This document shows, one piece after another, positions 9,838 to 20,425 of a stretch of 64,000 nucleotides of DNA. The number at the start of each line of letters is the position of its first letter. The first letter of the stretch is position 1. The stretch is taken from NCBI GenBank assembly GCA_963713825.1, contig CAVQNG010000003.1:553794-617793 (forward strand). The letters run 5' to 3'. The position numbers and the translations under genes were made by a program. The stretch comes from an uncultured Acidobacteriota bacterium (GTDB lineage Bacteria > Acidobacteriota > Thermoanaerobaculia > Multivoradales > JAHEKO01). Below the pieces are notes generated by a model. The model was not told where the DNA came from, made no database searches, and saw only the letters and a list, made by a program, of their open reading frames with translations.

Positions 9838-9945
9838 GATTCAACCCCCAATGCCCAAGAGCCGGCTGGAGGTACGACGGACGGTCCAACCCCCAAGCCC
9901 CCAAAGAGCGCCCGGCGGTGAGCCGGGCGCCTCCTCCCCCCGGTC
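9838..9945. repeat. GC-rich mosaic hairpin repeat locus
   Basis: Contains tcaacccccaa.gcccaagagccggctggaggtacgacggacggtccaacccccaagcccccaaagagcgcccggcggtgagccgggcgcctc, the same unit family as at 44490, 56790 and 33180. Confidence 0.75.
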
Positions 9946-12900
9946 AGGGATTCACGAGCTTCACCCAATTGCGCATTGCACCCAAACTGCAGCCGAACTT
10001 CTCGTGGCCTTTGCCCAGATGCTGCGCCTCGATGATCTGCTCGCAAGAGCAGCCCCCTGTGTCACCCACCGTGAAGAAATCGGTGGGGCCACTCTGGAGC
10101 CGCCTCTGGTTACCACGGCCACCGGGGGCCGTCGTATCGAACACCCCGTCCTCATCCACCAGCGCGTACCGATTGACTCCCAGACGATCCGTCGGTACCG
10201 ACTCCGGAATCACCGTCGCCGGACAGACATCCACGTCATCGGGCACCCCGTCGTTGTCAGCATCGCTGGCCACGAAGAGAACAAGCCCGTCGTGATCGGA
10301 TGAGCGCAGGGGCGTCGTGTCGTCGTTGATCAGATCGACGAAGGCGTCGGCGTTGCCACGACCGAACTCCAGACCAGCCAGGAAGTCGTCCAACCCTTCA
10401 CTCGTCAGCGCATGGTCGAGGGCTTGACCGTTCCCAGTGAAGATGTAGGAGTAACGTTCCGCCTGATCCAGTTTCGCTGTCTGATTCGTCAGATCGGGCT
10501 CCACCAGATCAGCGCATGGGTTCGTGTCGCAGACGAGATTGTCGGCTGGCTCGAAGTCACCCACGATCTGGCCGACTGCGTCGACGTACCCGTCGGTGAA
10601 TTCAAAAGCGTTGTAGTCACCGATCACCACCAGGTGCACTTCAGGGTTCGCCGACTGCAGGGCCTGGACCTTCTCGGCAATGGACTGGGCCTGTTCGTAG
10701 CGCTTCTGCCTTACCCTCTCGCCACCGCTTGGATCATCGATCCCACCCAGGGAACGATTGTGGACCGTCATGACCGCAATGGAGAACGACCCAAACTCGA
10801 GCTCGAAAGCACCCTCGAGTAGCAAAGGTGGACGATCGTGCAGTAGCGAGCCGTCATAACTCAAGATCTCGTCCTCGCCGAGTTGGGTGATCTGGTCAAT
10901 CGTCACTGTGTCACGCACCATGAAGCCGACATCGATGCCGCCAACGTCGTTGCCCTCGATCAGGATCGGCGTGTAGATCACAGACGAATCCTCGAAAGCG
11001 ATGTCCACGGCCAGGTCCTCGAGGACCTCGATTTTCTCCGCCTCCTGGACAGCCAAGACATCGGGGGCATCGAGAACGTCGAGGATGTAGTCGACAAACT
11101 TGGCCTTCCGTCCGAAGTACTCGGCATTGTCGAAGAAACGCAACATGTTCAAGCTGCCCACTGTAAATTCTCCTGCCGCGCGCGCTCTGACCGGGCGCAA
11201 CACATCCGGCACCGGCCCCACCGACATCATCTTGGGTACAACCTTGTATCGACCGAAGGTGAAGTTCAGGGGGCCATAGCCCGAAATCGCCTGGCCGGCG
11301 AATACGGGGTCGGAGATGCCATCCAGGCCATCCGTGTCGACGTCGAAGACTTCGGGGTTTCCATCCCAGACGGGAAGATCTGATAGGCCCGGAAAGATGA
11401 TGCCGGGCTCTCGGAAGGGCCGCGGATTATCGACAACGAGACTGACCTCGCCGAACCGATTCGTCGGCCCTGAAGCGATGCCATCGAAGCTGACCAGCAT
11501 ACCCTCGAATCGCTCGAGATCCGGAACCGGAAACGGCTGGTCCGAAGGTGTCGTCGCATCGAACGGAGTTACTGTAGGCAGGGGTTCGCCGCCCCCCAGG
11601 ATGTCCACAGTTGGCGAGTCCGTGATCTCCGTCAGTTCGAAGTACTCCTGCACCCGCCCAATGACTCGTACGCGGTCTCCAATAGAGACCATTGGTGGGT
11701 CCACGCCCGTGTAGACGTAGATACCGTCCGAGGTATAGGGATCATCATCGCTGTCTGCGTCAGGTGTCTGCATGTAAAAGCTGCGAAAGGCCACTGCTGT
11801 GACCACGTTTTCGGTTGTCTTGACTTCCATGCCCTCATAGGGCGAGTAGAGGCCATCGCCCTGGATCTCCCAGATCTCCACCGTCGGGGGTCCCGGCGGT
11901 GGCTCGACTCCAGAGGTGACCATGAGGTTCTGAAAGGCGATGGCCTCCGAGCCACCATCGGTATTCGCCGTCAGGATCAGGGTGAGCGTTGAGCCGGTGC
12001 CCGTGAGCGGCGCGTAGAACGGGGCCATGTCATTGTTCAGCAGGTCTCCGTTCACCAGCATCGGGTCACTTAGGGTGACGATCGCACCGCCCTCCATCGT
12101 GTAGTCCTGCGAGGCATCCTCGTCGATCGAGCTCTGAAACGCCGTCTGTACCGCGCCACCGTCGATGCTGTAGCTCCAGTTAAAGAAATCATTCGCCGCC
12201 TCGAAGTCCCCCATCGCTCCCATGTCGATCGACAGCCCGAGATCCGACGCACCATAGATGTCGAAGACCCAGGTCGCAACTACGTCACGACCCGAGGTGT
12301 CGCCATTATTCGTGTCGACAATCCCGAAGAACTCGTCCGTATTCCCTGTCTTGATGATGCCGAGCGTATCCCCCGGGAAGGAGCCCGCAGAGTCGTCCAC
12401 CACCGCAAAAGGAATCGACGCCGATACTCCCCGCTGGAACTTGTTGAAACCATCCCCGGCAGAGGTGAACGGAATTGCCGGGTCGTCCGTAAACGACAAC
12501 AGGTTCTGCGACGCCGAGCTCACCATGTCAAAAGCGATGACTGTCGGTGGCGGTGGTGGCCCGACTCCCGCGGTGATGACGAGGTTCTGAAAGGCGATCG
12601 CCTCCGAGCCACCATCGGTGTTCGCCGTCAGGACCAACGTCAGCTGCGAACCGGTTCCCGAGAGAGCCGTGAAAAACGGGGTCAGGTTATTCGTCAGCAA
12701 CACCCCATTCATCAACATCGGATCACTTAGGGTGACGATCGCACCGCCCTCCATGGTGTAGTCCTGCGAGGCATCCTCGTCGATCGAGCTCTGAAACGCC
12801 GTCACTGCCGGACTGCCGTCGATGCTGTAGCTCCAGTTGAAGAAATCATTCGCCGCCTCGAAGTCCCCCATCGCTCCCATGTCGATCGACAGCCCGAGAT

Positions 12901-13957
12901 CCGACGCTCCACTGATATCGAAGACCCAGGTCGCAATTACGTCACGACCCGAGGTGTCGCCATTATTCGTGTCGACAATCCCGAAGAACTCGTCCGTATT
13001 ACCTGTCTTGATAATGCCCAGCGTATCCCCTGGGAAGGAGCCCGCAGAGTCGTCCACCACCGCAAAAGGAATCGACGCCGATACTCCCCGCTGGAACTTG
13101 TTGAAACCATCCCCGGCAGAGGTGAACGGAATCGCCGGGTCGTCCGTGAACGACAACAGGTTCTGCGACGTCGAGCCCACCATGTCGTAGGCAACCGCCA
13201 TCGGCACAGCAGTACTGACGATGAGGTTCTGGAAGGCGATCGCCTCCGAACCACCATCGGTGTTCGCCGTCAGGACCAACGTCAGCTGCGAACCGGTTCC
13301 CGAGAGAGCCGTGAAAAACGGGGTCAGGTTATTCGTCAGCAACACCCCATTCATCAACATCGGATCACTTAGGGTGACGATCGCACCGCCCTCCATGGTG
13401 TAGTCCTGCGAGGCATCCTCGTCGATCGAGCTCTGAAACGCCGTCACTGCCGGACTGCCGTCGATGCTGTAGCTCCAGTTGAAGAAATCATTCGCCGCCT
13501 CGAAGTCCCCCATCGCTCCCATGTCGATCGACAGCCCGAGATCCGACGCTCCACTGATATCGAAGACCCAGGTCGCAATTACGTCACGACCCGAGGTGTC
13601 GCCATTATTCGTGTCGACAATCCCGAAGAACTCGTCCGTATTACCTGTCTTGATAATGCCCAGCGTATCCCCTGGGAAGGAGCCCGCAGAGTCGTCCACC
13701 ACCGCAAAAGGAATCGACGCCGATACTCCCCGCTGGAACTTGTTGAAACCATCCCCGGCAGAGGTGAACGGAATCGCCGGGTCGTCCGTGAACGACAACA
13801 GGTTCTGCGACGTCGAGCCCACCATGTCGTAGGCAACGACCTGAGCCTCCGACGCGGTCGGTAGAGCCAGCAGTAATGCCATCAAGGCCAAGAACAGAGT
13901 GGAAACCGAAACAAACCTCGAGGTCTTTGCGAGCATCACCATTCTCCTCCCAGGCAT
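9944..13957 (-). CDS. Secreted extracellular nuclease of the endonuclease/exonuclease/phosphatase (EEP) family, COG2374-like, with three tandem copies of a novel N-terminal 214-aa domain
   Basis: A signal peptide is present (MLAKTSRFVSVSTLFLALMALLLALPTASEAQ). Three 214-aa repeats follow, then the IWEIQGDGLYSPYEG ... VVTAV module typical of predicted extracellular nucleases, an EEP catalytic domain (LNMLRFFDN ... VLAVQE ... SDHDGL), and a C-terminal Asp-rich thrombospondin-type-3-like segment (DSDADNDGVPDDVDVC). Confidence 0.8.
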   Translation of the reverse strand: MPGRRMVMLAKTSRFVSVSTLFLALMALLLALPTASEAQVVAYDMVGSTSQNLLSFTDDPAIPFTSAGDGFNKFQRGVSASIPFAVVDDSAGSFPGDTLGIIKTGNTDEFFGIVDTNNGDTSGRDVIATWVFDISGASDLGLSIDMGAMGDFEAANDFFNWSYSIDGSPAVTAFQSSIDEDASQDYTMEGGAIVTLSDPMLMNGVLLTNNLTPFFTALSGTGSQLTLVLTANTDGGSEAIAFQNLIVSTAVPMAVAYDMVGSTSQNLLSFTDDPAIPFTSAGDGFNKFQRGVSASIPFAVVDDSAGSFPGDTLGIIKTGNTDEFFGIVDTNNGDTSGRDVIATWVFDISGASDLGLSIDMGAMGDFEAANDFFNWSYSIDGSPAVTAFQSSIDEDASQDYTMEGGAIVTLSDPMLMNGVLLTNNLTPFFTALSGTGSQLTLVLTANTDGGSEAIAFQNLVITAGVGPPPPPTVIAFDMVSSASQNLLSFTDDPAIPFTSAGDGFNKFQRGVSASIPFAVVDDSAGSFPGDTLGIIKTGNTDEFFGIVDTNNGDTSGRDVVATWVFDIYGASDLGLSIDMGAMGDFEAANDFFNWSYSIDGGAVQTAFQSSIDEDASQDYTMEGGAIVTLSDPMLVNGDLLNNDMAPFYAPLTGTGSTLTLILTANTDGGSEAIAFQNLMVTSGVEPPPGPPTVEIWEIQGDGLYSPYEGMEVKTTENVVTAVAFRSFYMQTPDADSDDDPYTSDGIYVYTGVDPPMVSIGDRVRVIGRVQEYFELTEITDSPTVDILGGGEPLPTVTPFDATTPSDQPFPVPDLERFEGMLVSFDGIASGPTNRFGEVSLVVDNPRPFREPGIIFPGLSDLPVWDGNPEVFDVDTDGLDGISDPVFAGQAISGYGPLNFTFGRYKVVPKMMSVGPVPDVLRPVRARAAGEFTVGSLNMLRFFDNAEYFGRKAKFVDYILDVLDAPDVLAVQEAEKIEVLEDLAVDIAFEDSSVIYTPILIEGNDVGGIDVGFMVRDTVTIDQITQLGEDEILSYDGSLLHDRPPLLLEGAFELEFGSFSIAVMTVHNRSLGGIDDPSGGERVRQKRYEQAQSIAEKVQALQSANPEVHLVVIGDYNAFEFTDGYVDAVGQIVGDFEPADNLVCDTNPCADLVEPDLTNQTAKLDQAERYSYIFTGNGQALDHALTSEGLDDFLAGLEFGRGNADAFVDLINDDTTPLRSSDHDGLVLFVASDADNDGVPDDVDVCPATVIPESVPTDRLGVNRYALVDEDGVFDTTAPGGRGNQRRLQSGPTDFFTVGDTGGCSCEQIIEAQHLGKGHEKFGCSLGAMRNWVKLVNP
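11940..13860. repeat. Three tandem coding repeats of about 642/657 bp inside the nuclease gene; copies two and three are identical over about 595 bp
   Basis: The antisense ORFs at 12837-13190 and 13479-13832 are identical 117-aa strings exactly 642 nt apart. By eye, 12611-13206 equals 13253-13848. The third copy (about 11940-12575) is roughly 90% identical and has a 15-nt longer linker (GVGPPPPPTV in place of STAVPMAV). Confidence 0.9.
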
Positions 13958-14149
13958 GCAAATGGATGGATACCAGCCAGAGACACGCCTCCCGTGTACA
14001 TGTCCTCGTACCGGGTGGCCTCCATGCCTGTCTCCCTCCAGACATTGCTCACCTGCGCTGCGGGTGAGCGGATTCCAGGTGTACTACTAACTTAGCCCAC
14101 CCAGCGAAGGAGTCAAGCAGGTATTGACACTTGTCTATGGGTCTTCCTC

Positions 14150-14340
14150 GCGTCGACACGCCGGCAAGGGAACACTCCCTCCCAATCGTCCAGAGGCGTG
14201 GGTCTTGGGGTTGAAGCGTCCGGTCGTCCCACCCGGCCGGTCCTTGAGGGCTTGAGGTTGAAGAGCCCGTCGTCCCTCCGGCCTACCTTTGAGGCAGTGG
14301 GTCTCCCTCCCGTTTTCCTAAGCCCTTAGGCCCCTACGCC
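14150..14340. repeat. GC-rich mosaic hairpin repeat locus
   Basis: Contains gggtcttggggttgaagcgtccggtcgtcccacccggccggtccttgagggcttgaggttgaag and ends with ctaagcccttaggcccctacgccctta, the gcgtaggggcttagggg motif in reverse orientation. Confidence 0.75.
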
Positions 14341-14615
14341 CTTATTGCCTTCAGCGGTGCCAGAGGTTCGTCCCGGGGCCTCTCGACAAGCGCAGCGCAA
14401 GAGCCATGGCAATGCTAGACAGATCCGGTTCGCAGGTGGCGGCCCGCCCTTGAAGTAGGGGAGGGGCTTGCCCCCTCCCACTGGAGCCCTCAAGGGGCTC
14501 CCCTACATTGCCGACGCCGTCCCCCTGCGAGCCACCCGGACGGATCTCAATTCGAGAACGGCCCCGAGACACTGAATAAGAGAACGGCCGGCAGGGGCGC
14601 CGGCCGCTTGAGGAT
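14340..14615 (+). repeat. Structured element of about 200 nt, copy A (candidate MITE or small-RNA family); a ggccggc-loop-gccggcc hairpin follows at 14583-14605
   Basis: Copy A shares these blocks with the copies at 63230-63440 and 51880-52100 (reverse strand): ggtgccaRaggttcgtccSgg, ctcgacaagcgcagcgcaagagcc, caggtggcggcc, gccgacgccgtccSc, and gaRccaccYgg. Relative to the other two copies it carries an extra hairpin pair, ggggaggggcttgccccctccc plus gagccctcaaggggctc. Confidence 0.7.
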
Positions 14616-14631
14616 TCTCACGTATGTGATG

Positions 14632-14976
14632 TCAGTCGCTGGTGCCGCCCTCGAGGCGGTCGGCCTTGGCGGCCCAGACGAAGTCGCTTTCGGTCAGGCC
14701 GTCGATCTTGTGGGTCCAGATCTTCAAGCCTACCTTGCCCCAGGTCAGGAAGATCTCGGGGTGATGGTTCACCTCTTCCGCCAGCTCCCCGACCCGATTC
14801 GTAAAGGCGAGTGCTTCGACGAAGTTACCGAATCGATACTGCTTCTCGAGGTGATGGCTGTCCACCAATTTCCAGTCGTTCCCGAGCCGTTCGTAGAGAC
14901 CCGCCAGTTCTTCGCCTTCGAGAGGAGGTACGCCTCCCCTGCAAGGTACACAAATGCCATCCGCAAGCTCACTCAT
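14632..14976 (-). CDS. phhB: Pterin-4a-carbinolamine dehydratase (PCD/DCoH)
   Basis: 114 aa. The active-site motif EEVNHHPEI matches the PCD family. Confidence 0.85.
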   Translation of the reverse strand: MSELADGICVPCRGGVPPLEGEELAGLYERLGNDWKLVDSHHLEKQYRFGNFVEALAFTNRVGELAEEVNHHPEIFLTWGKVGLKIWTHKIDGLTESDFVWAAKADRLEGGTSD

Positions 14977-15023
14977 CCGCAGTCTCCTTCGGCTTGCCTT
15001 CGGTTCGCTGTCGCGTCACCGAT

Positions 15024-15752
15024 CTAGTTGCTGTCACTGTAGTTGACCATGGCCTGCGTCCCGTCGTCGGTAGCAGAGATGATCACCATTACCGTGCGAT
15101 CCTCAGTCTCTTGGGAAGCGATGACCTGGCCACCCTTGCCGTCGGGTCCCGAGTACTCGGTCTTCTGGACGCTCCACTCGTCGTCTTCGAGCTGCTCGAC
15201 GTAGAAAGCCAGCACGTCATCCACCGATTCCGAGGTGGTCAGTTGGAACGATCCACCCACGCCGTCGGGTGTCGACGCCGAGTAGGTGCCTGTCGTCGTG
15301 CCGCCGGGAAAGACCGGCACCCAATCCGGCAGGCTGTCCATGTCGGAGCTGCCGACTCGCATGGTCTCCCCACCATCCGTCGTCACTGTGAACAGACCCT
15401 CTTCGGGGTCGCCCGAGGCACTGAACTCCATCTCTCCCTCGTCCGTCTCGAAGCTCAGCTTGCCCTTTTCGATGTCGGCGTAGTTGACCGTGATGACCTC
15501 GCCACTGTCCTTCTCGCGAATCGTGATCGTGCCCGCATCCCGATCACTGTCCACGAGCTCGAGATCCGGGTTCATCTTGATCAACATCTCGGCCGCCGCC
15601 TCTGGATTCTCCTGAAAGTCCTCAGCGAAGTCACCGACCTTCTTGGCTACGAAGAAGCCGCTCACCGACACGATGATTGCACACACCACCAGCAGGCCAC
15701 CGCAGCCAATCGCCACCCAGGCCCACGGGCTCAGACCTTTCTTTTCGGTCAT
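15024..15752 (-). CDS. Single-pass membrane protein, hypothetical; possible anti-sigma partner of the upstream ECF sigma
   Basis: One N-terminal transmembrane helix (WAWVAIGCGGLLVVCAIIVSVSGFFV) followed by an acidic, Thr/Gly-rich extracytoplasmic domain. The start is placed at MTEKKG. It sits immediately downstream of an ECF sigma gene on the same strand. Confidence 0.55.
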   Translation of the reverse strand: MTEKKGLSPWAWVAIGCGGLLVVCAIIVSVSGFFVAKKVGDFAEDFQENPEAAAEMLIKMNPDLELVDSDRDAGTITIREKDSGEVITVNYADIEKGKLSFETDEGEMEFSASGDPEEGLFTVTTDGGETMRVGSSDMDSLPDWVPVFPGGTTTGTYSASTPDGVGGSFQLTTSESVDDVLAFYVEQLEDDEWSVQKTEYSGPDGKGGQVIASQETEDRTVMVIISATDDGTQAMVNYSDSN

Positions 15753-15889
15753 AGGATCTCCTTTCCGCGCTGTCTCTCGAACAGAGACAAAAACTACCAC
15801 AGCCCCGTCTCGGTCCCGCCTGACGGTGAACTGGGATCGGTGGAACCGCCAGAGGCAACTGGAGCCTTCAACCTGTCGAGGTCAGGCGG

Positions 15890-16726
15890 TCAGCCCGTCG
15901 ATACCTGGTCGAGGATCGACTTTCGAAGGGACTCCGGGAGTCGATCCAAGTCGAGCTGCCGACAGGCATCGAAGGTCAGGTCGAGCGTCGACATCACCGA
16001 CTTGCAGCGCGAGCAAAGCTCATCGGGAGGGACCGGAAACTCGACCCCTCGATCGAGGGCCTCTTGCTTGGCACTCAGAAGATCCAGGCAGACTTTCTGG
16101 GAGTGATCCGGTGGCGGTGCCGCCCGCTGGGGTAGCGAGTCGGCCAATTCCTTGCGCAGCGCCAAGCGGCCACGGTGAACCCTGGTCTTGACCGTCGCCT
16201 CTTTGAGACCCAGGATGTCGGCGATCTGCGACAGAGACAACTCGGTGATGTCCTTGAGAAGCAGCGGTAGCCGCAGATGAATCGGCAGACTGGCAAGCGC
16301 CTCATCGACGCGCTCCTGAGCCTCCCTACGCAGCTGCTCATCGAGTTGGCTCTCCTCGGGAGAGGGTAGCGTCGCGACCATTGGCTGGCCCGAGGGCAAG
16401 AGCTCCGAGAGCGACTCGACCCTGGCCGGCTCGCCCGACCGCAGCCGATTGCGCCGCTGACAGATTCTCGCCGCGATCGTGTAGAGCCAGCTACTCGGCG
16501 CGGAGCGCCCTTCGAACTGATCCCATTTCCGGAAGGCCTGCAGGAAAGTCTCCTGCACCAGGTCCTCGGCTTCCTCGCTGTTGCCGCAGAGCTTCATCCC
16601 GAGGCCGTACATCCGCCCGCCCTCCTCATCCATGAGGCGTTCGAGAGCCAGATCGCGGGGCTCAGCAGCGAGTGAATCAGTATCCGTCATGGGATTGGAA
16701 TCAGTCGGCCCAGGTCGAAAAAGCAA
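15890..16726 (-). CDS. ECF-type sigma-70 factor with a Cys/His-containing C-terminal extension of about 90 aa
   Basis: Sigma region 2 (EDLVQETFLQAFRKWDQF) and region 4 (LSLSQIADILGLKEATVKTRVHRGRLALRK) are present. The C-terminal extension contains H-x4-C ... C-x2-C (DHSQKVC ... CSRC). Confidence 0.8.
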   Translation of the reverse strand: MLFRPGPTDSNPMTDTDSLAAEPRDLALERLMDEEGGRMYGLGMKLCGNSEEAEDLVQETFLQAFRKWDQFEGRSAPSSWLYTIAARICQRRNRLRSGEPARVESLSELLPSGQPMVATLPSPEESQLDEQLRREAQERVDEALASLPIHLRLPLLLKDITELSLSQIADILGLKEATVKTRVHRGRLALRKELADSLPQRAAPPPDHSQKVCLDLLSAKQEALDRGVEFPVPPDELCSRCKSVMSTLDLTFDACRQLDLDRLPESLRKSILDQVSTG

Positions 16727-16765
16727 CTGGCCGCCGGAGATAGCCCGGCGGCCAGAAATTTGAAG

Positions 16766-16840
16766 TGGCTCCCCGGGAGGGAGTCGAACCCCCGACCAAT
16801 CGGTTAACAGCCGACCGCTCTACCACTGAGCTACCGAGGA
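16766..16840 (-). tRNA. tRNA-Asn (anticodon GTT)
   Basis: The reverse complement folds as a cloverleaf: acceptor TCCTCGG/CCGGGGA, D-arm GCTC-AGTGGTA-GAGC, anticodon stem GTCGG/CCGAT with loop CTGTTAA, T-loop TTCGACT, and an encoded CCA. Confidence 0.85.
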
Positions 16841-16932
16841 ATATGGGGCCTTTGAGAGGCCTTCAAAGGCGAGATATTAGGAGCCGAAGTCCTCTTTGTC
16901 AATCGCTGCCTGGTGCGCAATATCCAGTCGAA

Positions 16933-18646
<1,714 letters not shown>

Positions 18647-18652
18647 AAGATT

Positions 18653-20425
18653 TCATTCCTCCGGGCCGCGATGCAAGGCTCTACTGAGAGCAGTCTTCTC
18701 CTCGAGCAGGGTCCGCAGACGATCATCGTCACCGGCTCGTTGCGCTTCGGAGATCTCGCCCGAGAGAACTCGCAAGCGGTGCTGCACCCAACGCCGATTC
18801 AGCTGGCCCAATGCCACACCCAGGCCGTTCGCCCCTTCAGCGATCGAACCTTCTAGCAGAAGCCGAGCCACTTGGTCAACTTCTTCGCTGTCGAGGGGCA
18901 CGCTGGCCACGACCTCTTTCACTGCTGGCCGACGACCCTCTCCGTCCCTATATAGATCACAAAAAGTGCTGTAAATATTCCTGCAAGCAGGGATCAGGAA
19001 CGCCTCCGGAGGAGGTAAGTCGTCGAACGAAGGGAGCTCTTCGTCCCCAGCCAGTAGGAGTTGCAGCGTCTGTTCTTCCAGACTTCGCACCAACTTGGGG
19101 CTTTTCTGGACATCGTCGGACGGGGCCTTCGCGTCCAGGTCCGGCTTGCCGCCGACCCTGCGCCAGAGGATCTCGACTGGCACGCCGAGCCGTTCCGAGG
19201 CCTTTTGACTGTAGCTGTATCGCAGAATGCTGTCGCGAACCGACTGCAAAAGCTCGCTCACCTGCTTTCCTGCTTGGGCTTGCAGGCGGGGGTTCTGGTG
19301 AACGGCCGGCGGAATCAAGCGCTCGAGCTCCATCAGCACAGCATCCTCTGCCTCGGTCACCGCCCCGAGGACCGCTTCCGGTCCGTCCAAAGTGCGCAGA
19401 GAATCCGGATCCTGGTCTTGGCCAAACCGCGCACGCCTTACGGTCAGCCCCTGAGAAAGGAGGAGTGGAAGAACGCGTTGAAAAGCCTGCTCGCCCGCTT
19501 CGTCCCCGTCATAGCCCACCACCACCTCGCTGGCGAAGCGACTCAGCAGCCGCGCCTGATCTTCGGTGAGAGCCGTACCCATGGTAGCCACGGTGGCATC
19601 TACCCCGGAAGCCACGGCGCCCATGACATCAAAGTAGCCCTCGACTACCAGGGCCGTGCTGCTCTCCCGAATCGCCCTCTTCGCGAGGTCCAGCCCGTAC
19701 AAGACATATCCTTTGCGGAAGGCCGCGGTCTCGTGACTGTTGATGTACTTCGCCCGATCGTCGGCCAGAGTGCGCCCGCCAAATCCCAATAGCCGACCCG
19801 AAGCCGCCCGGATCGGGAACATCAGCCGCTGACGAAAGCGATCGTAGTACTTGCCGGATTTCTGCGAGATGCCGACCAGGCCCGCTGCCTTGAGGTCGGC
19901 CAGCGGAATCCGGGGATGCAGTGCTTCGAGAAGATGAGTCCACCCATCGGGCGCATAGCCGACACCGAAACGCTCCACCAGCTCCTGCGGCATCTGTCGC
20001 TTCTCGAGATAGGCCAGCGTTTCGGGCGACCGCTTCAAGGCGTCGATGAAGAACTGCGCGGCCGCCTCGAGTGCCGGCTCGAGATCCGGCTCCCGCGGGC
20101 CCCCTCTCTGCTGGCGCGGCGGCGGCAAAGGAACACCATAGCGACGAGCCAGCGTCTCGATGGCAGCGGGGAAGTCGTCGCCACTGAGTAGCATGTGGAG
20201 CTTGATGGCGTCACCACCACGGCCACAGCCGAAGCAATAGAACAGCCCCTGGACCGGGTCGACGCTGAACGAAGGGGTCTTCTCCCGATGCAACGGGCAA
20301 CGACCCATGTGCCGTCGCCCGCTCTTGCGGAGACGGGTGTGCTCGCCGGCGATATCGACGATATCCACCACGTCGCGCACCGCCTGCACGAACTGCGGCG
20401 TGAGTTGGATGTTGCTCAACGCCAT
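18653..20425 (-). CDS. dnaG: DNA primase DnaG
   Basis: The CHC2 zinc finger ([30 protein letters not shown]) and the TOPRIM domain are present. Confidence 0.92.
   Translation of the reverse strand: MALSNIQLTPQFVQAVRDVVDIVDIAGEHTRLRKSGRRHMGRCPLHREKTPSFSVDPVQGLFYCFGCGRGGDAIKLHMLLSGDDFPAAIETLARRYGVPLPPPRQQRGGPREPDLEPALEAAAQFFIDALKRSPETLAYLEKRQMPQELVERFGVGYAPDGWTHLLEALHPRIPLADLKAAGLVGISQKSGKYYDRFRQRLMFPIRAASGRLLGFGGRTLADDRAKYINSHETAAFRKGYVLYGLDLAKRAIRESSTALVVEGYFDVMGAVASGVDATVATMGTALTEDQARLLSRFASEVVVGYDGDEAGEQAFQRVLPLLLSQGLTVRRARFGQDQDPDSLRTLDGPEAVLGAVTEAEDAVLMELERLIPPAVHQNPRLQAQAGKQVSELLQSVRDSILRYSYSQKASERLGVPVEILWRRVGGKPDLDAKAPSDDVQKSPKLVRSLEEQTLQLLLAGDEELPSFDDLPPPEAFLIPACRNIYSTFCDLYRDGEGRRPAVKEVVASVPLDSEEVDQVARLLLEGSIAEGANGLGVALGQLNRRWVQHRLRVLSGEISEAQRAGDDDRLRTLLEEKTALSRALHRGPEE

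Noticed and set aside
16766-16840. Integrated mobile element at either tRNA gene
   Set aside because: No integrase, recombinase or phage genes adjoin either tRNA, and the flanking genes are housekeeping.
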